From: Lama glama
Lineage: Eukaryota
Direction: 5' to 3'
Assembly (NCBI GenBank): GCA_028534125.1
Contig: CM052817.1
Span: forward strand, 67,892,001 to 67,956,000
DNA length: 64,000 bases
The position numbers and the translations under genes were made by a program. Positions 39,051 to 53,389 of the stretch are shown one piece after another (position 1 is the first letter of the stretch; every line of letters starts with the position of its first letter). The notes under the pieces are model-generated. The model saw only the letters and a program-made list of their open reading frames with translations. It made no database searches and had not been told where the DNA came from.

Positions 39051-40544
39051 GCAAGGGTACAGGGAAGTGTGGAGGGTAGTACATTTTGAAAACATTGTCA
39101 TGTACTTAATAATGTTAAAGCTTCTAAGGGGATTAGTTTACATAGCAGAGACAGACAGGGGACCAATTCTAATTAACAGTTTAACTATTGTTTCCATTGT
39201 GAACTTTCTCCCCAAGCCCCAATTCTTCTTTCTTTTTCTATTTTTTAGTGGGAGCAAGGGAGGAAACTTTAATAATGATGGTAGTCTGTTTATAAATTTT
39301 ATGTTACAACTTACATTTTTAGAAATGTATGTGAATGTCTATGAAAATTATTTTAAATGCTGTCTTAATAACAATGAGATTAATACTGTTAATTAGTGTC
39401 ACAGAAAAGTATAAGGAATTACCATGGTACTGTTGTAAAATAATTCAGGGGTGACAAACACAATAAATCAGGCTGTAAAAGAAAATGAATTGAGCCTATG
39501 TTGCTAGATTTCAAGTTTGGCCATTTTCTGTTGAATGAATTTTTTATAGGGGCTATTATTAATCAAAAGGTTTTAACTGGGGAAAGGGACAAAACAACAA
39601 GCATGGATATTCTTTTTACTCCATTGATTCTTATTATTGACTGTCTCATACAAAAGTGATTTTCTAAGCTTTTATATTCTATTCTATTACTTTTTGTTTG
39701 GAATATTTTATGCATTTCCTGAACCTGGAATATCTAAAATATGAAGGTGCCCCAAATTTTAAGTTATAACAAGATGATTAGATAAAATTCCTTAGATGTG
39801 ATTCAAAATTTATGAGTAAATGTATATATATACTAATGAATTAGCATGAAGTTTCAGTTAAGTGGGATGTTTAAGGTCTAGAGATCTGCTGTACAGTTGT
39901 ACCTATAGTCAGCAATAATGTACATTTAAAAATTTGTTGTCTTATGTTCTTACCACAATAAAATTTAAATGCATATGTACATTTCTACATTAAAAAATAG
40001 ATGTAATACTTATATAATGTAATACTTATATAAACTAAATCAACTAATGGCTGAGAATGGATAAGGTATTGTTTATATTGCATTCTAGGTATTATTGGAA
40101 ATGTTTATCCATATGCTTTAATGTGGTTTAGAGAAAAAAAAAAAACCAGCCATGTGATAGTTCTATACAGTATATGCAAAGCGTCGAGGCTGTGGATGCT
40201 ATCAAAATCTACCCTTTGGTCTTTGCCTCCTTCCCTCAACTAAATAGAATACCTTTATTTCTCATACATGAATATTCTCCTTGCTTTATTCCTTGATTTC
40301 ATAAAGTCTTAGTGCTAAAGCTAAGCTCCATTGGGCCTTTACAGCATTTCTTCTGTCAGCTCTATGGAATTAGAAAATAGGTTTTCTTAATTTAAATAAT
40401 CCTTCATATCTATCCAGTAGATTTATTTCTTTTCTTATTTCTCTCCCTTTTCTATGCTCATCTTCCCATTAAACTTTAGGCCTGAATTAGCAGGCTCAAA
40501 TCTCAAAATTGTGTGGTTTCATCTTGTGTGGAGATGACATTTTA

Positions 40545-40722
40545 GACCAAGAGAACATTCTATGACAGTGGAAATATTTTCTGTCTATACTATTCAGAAT
40601 AGTAGTTACTAGCTACATGTGGCTCTTGAACACTTGATAACTGAGTTAATGAACTTTAATTTTAATTAATTTAAATTTAAATTGCCACTTGTGACTAGCA
40701 GCTACCATACTGAACAGCACAC
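40545..40722. mobile_element. hAT-Charlie MITE (MER3-like)
   Basis: agaacattctatgacagtggaaat...ctagctacatgtggct...aatttaaatttaaat...gctaccatactgaacagcac. Confidence 0.7.
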
Positions 40723-41481
40723 TTAGAATTGTCTTCTGATGTAGAGATGAATTTCCAGTAATCCAGTCACAGACCCCTGCATGGTATTTCTTATGAGATG
40801 GCATAAGGACCAACTAGACTTTGTATGTTTTTTATTCAAGGAACAGACTAAAGCTAACTAGAGCATAGCATGGACTAAAAAGTCACAGACCAGTGTTTGT
40901 AGTTTGTGAGACAGAATGGTCATTTTCCTTTAGCCAGAGTTTTTTAAGCTTCAGTATACAAAAATGCTATGTGAACCCAATAATAAATAATATTCAAGCT
41001 ATCAAAAACTTCTTTATGTTATGAGTTCAACTTCTAGCCATGATGGATTAACAGCGGCTGGATTTACTTCCACATATTAAAAAAAATAAGAAAAAATACA
41101 TGAAACAAGTGTCTTTAGACACAGGACAATAAGAAGCACAAGATAGTAACACCAAAGAGCAAGGAAATAAAATAGATAAACTTACAAACATACTCCAGCT
41201 TACTTCCTAAAGATCATATTAGGCTTCAAGGCAGAGAGGAGGAGCCTAAACAGACTCCAGGGTTATCTTTGTGTTAAGGAAACAAAGTTCAGAATTTGGG
41301 GAAGCCAAAGTGCTAGAATTCACAATTCAGAGTACCAGAGAGGAGAGCACTTCATTGAGAAGAGCTCTAGAGATCTGTAGAGGGTTCTGCTCGAATCTTC
41401 AGCTGAGGACTGAACAGTGCATGCATGTGAAGAGATTACCATGGCTGTGGAAAAAAAACTATCAAAAGGAACAGGCAGAGA

Positions 41482-41629
41482 GGGGAGGGTATAGCTCAAG
41501 CAGCACAGCGCATGCTTAGCATGCATGAGGTCCTAGGTTCAATCCCCAGTACCTCCTCCAAATATAAATAAATAAACCCAATTACCTCCCTCTCATAAAA
41601 CAGCAAAAAAAAAAAAAAACCCACAAAAC
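41482..41629 (+). mobile_element. tRNA-derived SINE (camelid Vic-type) with TSD, nested in an old L1
   Basis: ggggagggtatagctcaag...ggttcaatccccagtacctcc plus A tail; TSD aaaggaacaggcaga (41465) / aaagaaacaggcaga (41630). Confidence 0.9.
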
Positions 41630-44600
41630 AAAGAAACAGGCAGAATAATCCCTTGATTGTATACAGGACCTGAAACAATTCTTGTTAATACCATCCAAAA
41701 GGAAAAGAACTCCTAACATAAAAGAGATCAAGTAGAGTATTTAGAATCTCCTGGCTTTAGTAGCAGAAGTAAATTAGATTATTCTGGTTCCATCTAAAAA
41801 TGTTTAAAATCAACACTTGAAAGTATCAAACTGATTCCAACTAAACATCTCAGTACAAAAACAACAAAAGGCCTCAAAAAACAACAAGGTAAAATTTATA
41901 ATGTCTAGCATTTCATCAAAAATTACCAGGAATACAAAGAAATTAGAAAATATGACCCATAATGAGGGGTGGTGGGGGTAAAGGGAGAAGCAATCAATGG
42001 AAATAGTTCCAGAAATGACATGTGATGAGGATGTAATAGACAAGGACATTAAAGTAGCCATAAATTTAAGACAACAGAGGGAAGTATGAACATGATTTTT
42101 TTAAAAAAGCTAAGAAGATATCAGACCCACACTGAACTTCTAGAAATCGAAAAATATATAATGTCTGGATAAAGAATACAATAGACAGAATTAACAGATT
42201 GGAGAAACTGGATATACAGCAATAGAAATGTCCCCAAGTGAAAGAAAGAAGAAAAATAAAACGAATAGCTCAAAAGACCTAGGGCACAATATTATTACAC
42301 TAATACATGTGTAAGTCCCAGAAGGAGAACAGAAAAATATTTTTATAATGGCCAATTTTTTTTCCCAAATTTGTTCAAAACAATAAACCTATTGATCCCA
42401 GAAGCTCAGCAAGCCCCAGAGAGAGGTGGGGTAGTGGGGAACATGAAAAAAACTACATAAAGTCACCTTAAAATCAATTTGTTTACAGTGATAAAGAGAA
42501 AATGTGAAAAACAGATGGAGGAAAAAACATATTACATATAGGAAGAAAAATGATAATAAACACAGGAGACTATGAGAAAGAGAGATAGAAGAGAAACATC
42601 TTTGAAGTACTGAAAGAAAAGAAAAAAAAACTGTCAACCTAGAAATATATACTCAGTAAAAACAACTCTCAAAAGTGAAGGCAAAATACTTTTTTTCAGA
42701 CATACAAAAGCTGAAATAGTTTACCACCAGCAGACTAACACTTCAAAAATCTTAAAGGAAGCCCTCTGATAGAAAGAAAATGATACCAGAAAGAAATCTG
42801 GATTGATTATAAGGAATGAAAACATCATGAATAGTATATATGCAAGTAAAAAGACTTTTTCCCTTATTTAAAATTTTTCTTTAAAAGATAATATGTATTT
42901 TTTAAACAGCAAATTAACAATGTAATTTAAGGTTTATAACATGTAGAAGTAGCACAGTGGCCGGGGTTGGAAGTGTACTGCTCTAAGTTTCTTATATTAT
43001 ACATGGAGTGGTATAATATTACTTGTATGTAGATTGTCCAGTGCATTGTAAACCTTAAGCAAACAGCCACTTTAAAAAGGGTATAAGTGACCCTCCAGTA
43101 AAGAGACAGGAATGGAATGAATCCCAAAACATTTTAAACAAAGAATATGGAATCAAAAGAAACATTAACAAATACAAAACAAATAACAAGATGGTATATT
43201 TAATCCCAACCATATAAAAACCACATTAAATGTAAATGTTTTTAACACTCCTAATTAAAAGGTAGAGTTTGTGTATTGAATAATCACACTGATACAAAAC
43301 AATTGTGATATTTTAAAAAGCAAGAACCAAGACATTTCATGTTAATGTCAATCGAAAGAGAGCTAGAGTGATATTAGTAGCCATGTAGACTTCATAGCAA
43401 AGAATATAACATAAGGAGGATCATTTTATAATGATAAAAAGGTCAGCTCAGCAATCCTAACTATGCATCTAATAACAGAGCTTCAAATTTTATTGAAGGA
43501 AAACTGATAGAACTAAAAATAGAAACAAGTCCACAATTGCAGTCAGTTTTCAATATATCTCTCTCAATAACTGTTAGAACAAGTAGAGAGAAAATTAGTA
43601 AGGAGATAGAAGACTTGAACCACACTTAACCAACTTGATCTTATTAACTTGTATAGGACTCCCCAGGTGATGACAGAATAACATTATTTTCAAGTATACA
43701 AGGATGATTTACCAAGACAGTTTATATTCTGGGTCATAAAACAAGTATCTATAAATTTAAAAGCCTCAGAGTATGTTGTCTGACCACAATGAAATGAAAT
43801 TAAAAATCTGTACCAAAAGGATACCTACAAAATCCCTAAATATCTGGAAACTGAACAACATATTTCTAAATGACCTATGGGCCAAAGAATAAATCACAAA
43901 GAAAATTAGAATGTAGTTCAAACTGAATGAAAATGAAGAAATTTGTGAGATGCAGCTTTAAAGCCTTGATTAGAGACTGATTTATAGCACTGAACATTTA
44001 TAACAGAAAAATATAATCTCAACCATCTCTCGAGTATGCAGACCTACCCTACAAAACTTGGAAAAAGAGAGCAACTTTAGCCCTAAAAGACAGAAGGACA
44101 GAAAAGGTAAAGGGGAAAACAGAAATCATTGAAATAGAATACAGAAAACAAGAGAATATATCAGTGAAACAAAAGCTAGTACTTTGAATAATCATCAAGA
44201 AAAAAAGAGAAGGCACAAATTGTCAATATCAAGAATTAGAGATGAAGCATCATTATAAATTGTACAGACAATAAAAGAATAGTAATAAAAACATAATTTA
44301 AACTTCATGCCAATAAAAAAATGACTTAGATGAAATGGACAAAGTCCTTGAAAAGCACAAATTACCAAAGCTTACTAAAGAACAATATAAATACCATGAA
44401 TAGTACTGTATCTATTAAAGAAATTGAATTTGTAGTTAAAAACTTTCCCAAAAGGAAAACTCCAGAACCAGATGATTTCCCTTTAAAATTTTACCCATTA
44501 TTTAAGAAAAAAAAAATTCAATGGAAACTCTTTTAGAAAATGGCAAAGGAGCAAACACTTCCCAACTCATAATATGGGACTGGAAATATCCTGATACTAG

Positions 44601-44790
44601 AATCAGATAAGGGCATTAAATAAAAAGAAAATAAAGTCCAATGATCTTTATAAATATTGATGTGAAAATTCTTAACAAAATTTTATCTAATTACATCCAA
44701 CAATGTGTAAAAGGGATAATGCATCACAACCAAATGGAGTTTATTTCAATAATGGTTGATTCATTTAATGTTCAAAAATTAATCAATGTG

Positions 44791-46575
44791 TAAAGGAAAT
44801 TGAAGAGGATTTAAAGAAATGGAAAGATATCTCATGCTCTTGAATTGGAAGAATTAATATTGTTAAAATGGCCATACTGCCCATGGCAATCTACAGGTTT
44901 AATACAATCCCTATCAAATTACCCAGGAGCTTTTTCACAGAACTAGAAAAAACAATCCTAAAATGTATATGGAATCACAAAAGACCCAGAAGTGCCAAAG
45001 CAATACTGAAGAAAAAGAATTGGGCTGGAGGCTTAACGCTCTCAGGCTTCAGACAATACTACAAAGCTACAGTAATCAAAACAGCGTGGTATTGGCACAA
45101 AAACCAGACATATGGCTCAGCAGAACAGAATAGAGAGCCTAGAAATAAGCCCACACACCTACAGTCAATTAATCTTTGACAAAGGAGGCAAGAATATACA
45201 ATGGAGAAAAGACAGTCTTTTCAGCAAGTGGTGTTGGGAAAGCTGGACAGCCACATGTAAATCAATGAAGTTAAAACACTCTCTCACACCATACACAAAA
45301 ATAACCTCAAAATGGATTAAAGACTTAAGACAGGACACCATAAACCTCCTAGAAGAGAACATAGGCAAAACAGTCTCTGACATAAATCTTAGCAATGTTC
45401 TCCTAGGGCAGTCTCTCAGGGCAACAGAAATAAAAGCAAAAACAAACAAATAGGACCTAATCAAACTTACAAGTTCTTGCACAGCAAAAGAGACCATTAA
45501 CAAAATGAAAAGACAATATATGAACTGCGAGAAAATATTTGCAATGATATGACTGACAAGGGCTTAATCTCCAGAATACATAAACAACTCATACAACTTA
45601 ATAACAAAAAAGCAAACAATCCAATCAAAAAATTGGCAGAAGACCCAAGTAGACATTTCTCCAAAGAAAACATACAGATGGCTAGTAGGCACATGAAAAA
45701 ATGCTCAGTATCGCTAATTCTCAGAGAAATGCAAATCAAAACTACAGTGAGATATCACCTCACACCAGTCAGTATAGCCATCATAGAAAGTCCATAAACA
45801 AAATTCTGGAGAGTGTGTGGAAAAAGGGAACCCTCCTACACTGTTGGTGGGAATGTACTTGGGTGCGGCCACTATGGAAAACAGTATGGAGATTACATTA
45901 AAAAAAATTAAAATAGACTTATTCTATGATCTAGCAATCACACCCCTGGGAATATACCTGGAGAAGACTCTTAATTCAAAAAGATGCATGCACCCCAGTG
46001 TTCATAGTAGCACTGTTTACAATAGCCAAGAAATGGAAGCAACTTAAATGTCCATCAACAGATAACTAACTGGGTAAGAAGTTGGGGGAGATAGATAGGT
46101 AGATAGGTAGGTAGGTAGATGCATGCAATGGAATAGTACTTAGGTATAAAAAAAAAAGATGCCATTTCCAGCAACATGGATGGTCCTAGAGATTATCATA
46201 TTAAGTGAAGTAAGTCACAGAAAAATAAATATGATATCATGTATATGTGGAATATAAAAAATGATACAAATGATCTTATTACCAAAACAGAAGCAGACTC
46301 ACAAACATAAAAAAAATAAAAAATAAAAAACTTATGGTTACCAAAGGGGAAGTGGGGGAGGATAAATTAGGAGTATGGGATTAACAGATACAAAATACCA
46401 TATACAAAAGAGATAAACAAGGTCCTACTGTATGCACAGGAAACTATATTCAATATCTTGTACTAACCTATAATGAAAAATAATGTGAAAAAGAATATAC
46501 ATACACATATATAAATAACCTGCTTTACACCAGAAACACAACTTCGTAAGCCAACTATACTTCAATTTTAAAAAA
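44791..46575 (+). mobile_element. younger 5'-truncated L1 (3' part of ORF2 plus 3' UTR) nested in the old L1
   Basis: [43 protein letters not shown]; host L1 resumes at gtaattcacc (about 46580). Confidence 0.88.
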
Positions 46576-46810
46576 CCAGTGTAATTCACCATATTAACCA
46601 ACATATTAGAGAAAAATATGGTATCTCACTAAATAGATAAAAAGCATTTGACAAAATTTAACATCCATAGAAGGAACTTTCTCAGCCTGATGAAAGGCTT
46701 AGTTGAAAAACCTAAAGCTATTATCATACTTAACAGTGAAAGACTGAACACTTTACCCCTAAGACTGGGAACAAGAAAAGTATGTATATTTTCACCACTT
46801 CTAGTTAACA

Positions 46811-47171
46811 TTTTTTTTAACTTCTCAAGTAGGTTTTATTATGTGTTGAAGATATTCTCTGTGCCTATTTATAAACATACACTTAATATACAATTGTCAT
46901 ACAACAACAAAAAGAAATACTTTAAATTTTTTATCAAATGGATGTTTGCTTAATAAAATTCAAGGAAGGTTTTCAAGAATAGTTTTCATCTTTGGTCAGC
47001 AAGCTTTTTGTGGCATCCAAATTTTTTAATTGAGGTATAGTTGATTTGCAATATTACATACGTTTCACGTGTACAACATAGTGATTCACAACTGTTAAAG
47101 GTTATACTCCATTTATTACAAAATGTTGGCTATATTCCCTGTGCTGTATAATATGTCCTGGTAGCTTATTG
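46811..47171 (-). mobile_element. short L1 3' end plus about 200 bp of putative 3'-transduced DNA
   Basis: L1 tail at 47028-47170, unique segment, AATAAA and poly-A on -, TSD tagttaacat / tatttaacat. Confidence 0.7.
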
Positions 47172-48354
47172 TATTTAACATCTAAATGGAAATTTTAGAC
47201 AATGCAACAAGCAAGAAAAAGGAATAAAAAGGATACAGATTGAACAGTAAGAAATAAAAATGTCCTTATTTGCAGATAACATGTGTGTCTACATGGAAAG
47301 TCCCACAGAATCTACAAAAAAAAACTCCTAGAATAAATGGTTTAGCAAAGTTGCAAAATACAAAAATCAATTATATTTCTATATACTAGCAATAAACAAT
47401 TAAAAATTGAAATGAAAACCAGTATCAATTAAAATAGCACCCAAAATATGAAATCCTTAGATATAAATTTGACAAAGATTTAGAACACCTGTGCACTGAA
47501 AACTTTAAAACTCTGCTGAAAGAAATTATAAAAGACCTAAACAACTGGAGAGATATACCATGTTCATGGATCTCAAGACTAATCATTAAGAAGTTAATTT
47601 TCCCCAGATTAATCAATCTCACCAAGTATTCTGAAGGAATTGACAAGGTGATTCTAAAATATAGAGAGAAATGCAAATAACCTGTAATAGTCAAACATTT
47701 TTTAAGAGCAGAATTTGGAGATTTATACTCCCTGATTTCAAGATTTACTACAAACCTACATTACTAGTAATCAAAACAGTTGATACTGGCATAAATACAA
47801 TACATACACACACATCAGCACACCATTACATAACAAAATATCAGAATAGAGAGTCTGGAAATAGATTCAACATGGATGGCCAACTGCTTTTCAACAAAAG
47901 CAATTAAGTGGGGTAAATATTATCTTTTTATCCAAAGGTGTTTGTTTGAACAGTTGGATATCCATATGGACAAAAATTAACTTTGACTCTTAATCTCACA
48001 ACCTATGTAAAAATTAACTCAAAATGGAACCATTTATATAAATTCTAGAATATGCAAACTGATTTATAGTGACAGAAAACAGATCAGTAGTTAACTACCT
48101 GGGAACAAAGCAGGAGGTGTGAACTATAAAGGAGTGTGATGAAACTTTAGGGAATGATGGATATGTACATCATTTTGATTGTGGCAATCATTTCTTGTAT
48201 ATATATATGTGTCAAAATTTATCAAATAGTACACTTTAAATATATGCAATTCAATGTAAGTCTGTTATATCTGAATAACACTGTAAAATAAAAACTTTTC
48301 TATGTCAGGGTACTTGCTCTGTTTTGAGTCATTCCATTGTGTTTTTGGAGATAA

Positions 48355-48645
<291 letters not shown>

Positions 48646-49487
48646 TAGCAGCATGTCCCGTTGAGGAGCAGAGGACTGGAAGTTAGCAGCAGTTCAAGGA
48701 ATATGTTCTCTGCAGGTGTCACTGCACAACAGTGTTTTTGTGAATGAATTGCTATTGCAAGGTGACCTTGTTTGGCATAATTAGTACTCATCACAGGTTG
48801 GCATGGCACATTAGTGGAAAACAGTGTGGGCAAGCAACGTGAAAATCATGGAAACTCTTGGTGCTAACCTGAACTGGTAACTAAGCATTGCCAGCTACAA
48901 TTAGATGCCCAAAAAAGTCTTCGAAAGTTTAGTGTTCCATGTCTGGTAGGTCATAAGCAGTTAAGCAAAAAGCCATATACAAGCCAAAGTACCAATCCAC
49001 TTTGCAAGAGAGAGGTGTGAATGAAAAATGGATCATCATTGTCACAGTACTAGTACAGAAGGTTCAAAGTGCAAAAGAAACCTTTGTAACTACACATTAC
49101 AGTGGGTGAAAGGGATTGGGCCTTATAATTGTTGGCTATGGTAAGGGCAGAAAATAGATCCATGTTAGGGGGGGAGGAGTATTACACATCAACAAAGCTC
49201 AGGGTGAGGCCCTGCACGTGGAGGTATGACCCAGAGTAGACATAATGAAAAAGCTCAAGTGTAGAAACTGTAAATGAATCAACCCAATGAGTCATCAGCA
49301 TGGATACAGGGGTAGCTGAGGAAGATGACCAATGAGACTTAATGTGGAAAATACAAAGCAGGCACTACAGTTACATTCTAGGGTAGAAAAGATCTCGGGG
49401 AGGTAGAAGGCAGTAGTGGAAGTAATTCGAGGAAGCTGGTGTGAAATTTTTGTTGAGAAGCAAAGGTATTGGTTTAATGGTCTAGAG

Positions 49488-49672
49488 CAGGGGTTGGAAA
49501 ACTTTTCTATTAAAAGCTTTGCAAGCCCCAGAGGATCTCTGCCATATTTTTTGTTTGTGGTTTTTTTCAATAAAAAGTTCTTTTAAAATGCAGAAACCAT
49601 TCTTAGTTCACTGGCCATATAAAACAGGCTGAAGGGCTGGTTGGTCACAGACCCCACGTGACTTCTGATCCA
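49488..49672. mobile_element. hAT-Charlie MITE (MER58-like)
   Basis: caggggttggaaaacttttct...aaccattcttagttcactggccatataaaacaggc. Confidence 0.65.
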
Positions 49673-50892
49673 GGAGAACAAACACAAGGCTTACCATCCA
49701 CAGTATCTAAAATCATTGCTAATCACCTGCCCATCCTTTGGAGGCTATGCTCAATTCTGGGAAGTAGAAGAAATAAGTAATAGCTGGAGCTATAGTAGGT
49801 CCTGAAGATAGCCAGGTTTCTCTCCAGCAGGGTGATGGAGAGTGGGCCGAGGATGAGGAAGAATTTTTAAATAAAGGGGAATTTTCCTGGTAGGTCACAG
49901 GTTCTGTGAGGTGAAACAGAAGCAGCACTAGGTAAGCAGACGTGAGTAGGGATAAATGTGTGTGGGAAAAGGTGACAAGCGCTCAGGGACAAGGATTTGG
50001 GAAGACGTGTGTACAATGTATAACACTCATTTTAATACCATCTCATGTTAAACTTATTTATAGAGGTAAACCTAAAACAATCGTGACCACATTCCTTTCA
50101 AGAGTATCTTCCAATGATTTTGTATTACCTTGGGTTTTAAATAATCATGGTCACATTTTCTGTTAATTAAAAACCCTAAATACTAAAAACTAGTATTTTT
50201 AAAACCAACAAGTAATCTTTCATCACGGCCAGTGTGGCCAACAAAAAAAAAGTACCATTAACTTATCAAAGCAGCAGAAGTAGCTTTTTTTTTCCTTTTC
50301 AGAAAAGAAATGAAAAGGGAAACACTGAGTTAGATTTCACAGAATACCCAGAAAGAAAGAAAAGAGACGTAGAAACAGTGTTAAGTTACATATTACCTTT
50401 ATCAATCAGATCTTCCATTTTACATTATTTAGATTTCACTTTGGTATCCTGTGGAAATTTCTTAGACACAGTGAAAGCAAGTTAAGTGTGAGGAAAGAGG
50501 TGAAATTTCTTTCTGTACAAAAGCATGAGATGAGGTGAATGTGATATTACCAAAAACAGAGGAAGTCATTGGGTAGAGGAAACTTCTAGCCTCTTTTGAA
50601 GAGGCTTCACATCGACCACATCTATTTTTCAAGTGTGAAAACTGGGAAATTGCTTTGCTTTGGTAAGAGTATCACTTCTTCCCTTAGTCCGAAATGTATG
50701 TGAGGAACAGAGTCACTACAGATGTCATTTTCTCATAGACTCAAAACAACAACAACAACAAAAGGGTCCACGCGAACTTGTCGATCTTGATGTACCATTT
50801 TGATGCAATCTGCATTAATAACAGACAGATGTGGTTTTATGGTAAAATGCATGTCACCAATCTGGTCAAGTAAGCCCCCACCACAGATCTAA

Positions 50893-51459
<567 letters not shown>

Positions 51460-53389
51460 TAAAGGAGCAAGGCCCAAGCCTTGGTCTGGTAGACAGTAAT
51501 GAGATGTTGTACCATCAACTCCAGCTTGAGGGAGAAGTTTGGATTTTATTCTGTAATACATGGCAAAGTTTTATGGTAGGTGATATCGTGAAATTACTGT
51601 TAATCTACAAATGGCAGGAAGGCCAAATTGGAGGTAGAGGAGCTAATACTTTGGTGACTGATGCAGTAAACCAAAGAGTAAAGTAACAAGAGCTTGAATT
51701 TTGGTGGTAACAGTGAAGATGTAGCAAAGATTACATAGGGGAATTCTTCCAAAATGAGTATCAGTACATTGGTGACAAAGCATTAGAATGAAGGAGAAAA
51801 AAATCTTTAAGGATGCCTCTAGAGTTTTAAGCCTAGATAATTAAAACTATACTATTTATTGAGATAAGTTTGAAAATAGGATTTATGGAGGGAGGTGCAG
51901 GAGAATAAGGTACTTTTCCTTAGACGCATTGAGTCGAGGTTCATGAGGGGAGTCCACATGTAGTTCTTATAAAGCTTTTACCCATCAAAATAGACCACAT
52001 CTATAGTAGTAGAAATGGAGCATTATTTATCAATGCTAAGTTGATACTTTCTTTCCAAAGCCCCTTGATCTATGTCTGTGGTTAATACTGTTTAAAAAAA
52101 AATCATACAATGTACTGTCCCTACCCAAATTTTAGAAATTGTATTGGCGTAGCCATTAATAAGAGAAAAATGTGTATCTGTTAAGTGTAAGTATACTGGT
52201 TTGCTTAGCAATCAACCATCTTTGCTTCACAGAGTCAAATTTCCCTACTGATTGATTTTGAAGCTCAGAGATAAAACCAAGTAATTTGGAATAATATGTC
52301 AGAGATGTTTAATAAATATTTGTTGACTGGTTGACTTCCACTAAGAGAAGTAAATCCTGTCCGCTCCCTGCTGTCTCCTTTAAGCTAGCTGTAAAGTATA
52401 ATCAGATGAAACTTTGCCTTTGATTCCTTCTAACTGGTCTCTACAGGACAGCTGTTGTAGCTCGTTTTATCTGTTTTCATTTCTCATATGACTTTTTTTT
52501 TAAGTGAGATCATGAAATAGAATTATCACTTTTAAGAGTTTCACTTACACCTCTCCCCATGCCCCCCAAAAAGTGGATGAGTAAGTCAGTACTAATCAAA
52601 AAAAATAAGTTTCATTTGCAAAGCTGAAAGTTTCTTTAAAGTTTTATCTACAACTGTATAAACTTCCTTTCTGGAAAGCACGCTGGAGAAATAGGGTTTG
52701 CCAATTATATAAAGTGCTTTGGGTACTTAAATGAATGTCACTCTTTCTCATAGCATTGCTAAATCTTCTATAATAATTTTTCTGCTACTTTATTTAATAA
52801 ATCTGATTGCTTGCCAGGCAGTGGGGAAATAAAATAAGATGTGATCCCTTCCCTCATGGAACTACTTTGCAGTGGAGTGAAGAGGGGATGAGAAATTGAT
52901 AATTCTAGTATGTTATGGACTGTTGCTTTATCTGACTTATGTATGCAGTGGATATTACAGAGTGTTACAAAAGCACTAGAAGCTGAGGTTATAGAAGGCT
53001 TCCTTGAGGAAGGGATGACTACGTCAAGGAAGGGCAGGGAGATGGGGAGGAAGGAGGAGAGCAGTTCAAGTAGAGAATGTGGCTTGGTCAAAAGCACAGA
53101 AACTGCAGAGAATATGATGCTCCCAATGGAATGGCTTTGGGATATTTATTATATTTCTCACCACTTAACAGATTGCACTGTTACATGGTCTACCATTTTA
53201 TTTTCAATGTTTCAGACACAAAAAATTATGCTAGACAGTGATTAGAGCCCGAACTTTGCTCTTGTTCTTGTTTGGTGGATGTTGCAAGATCCTGGTGGTG
53301 GGTCTCACATACATGTAAGCATCCTCACCAGCTGTCATAAGATGATAATCAAGCGCCTTTGTCCATGTTCTCTCTTATCCTGTCCACAG

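Larger units (their letters stand above)
41030..48290 (+). mobile_element. long ancient L1 (L1M/MC-like) carrying three nested younger insertions
   Basis: Collinear degenerate 5' region, ORF1, EN/RT (KAIIILNSERLNTLPLRLGTRK) and 3' end. Confidence 0.75.

Noticed and set aside
53359..53389. 509-aa ORF treated as a standalone gene
   Set aside because: The first residues are the polypyrimidine tract; the rest is spliced TET2 exon 11
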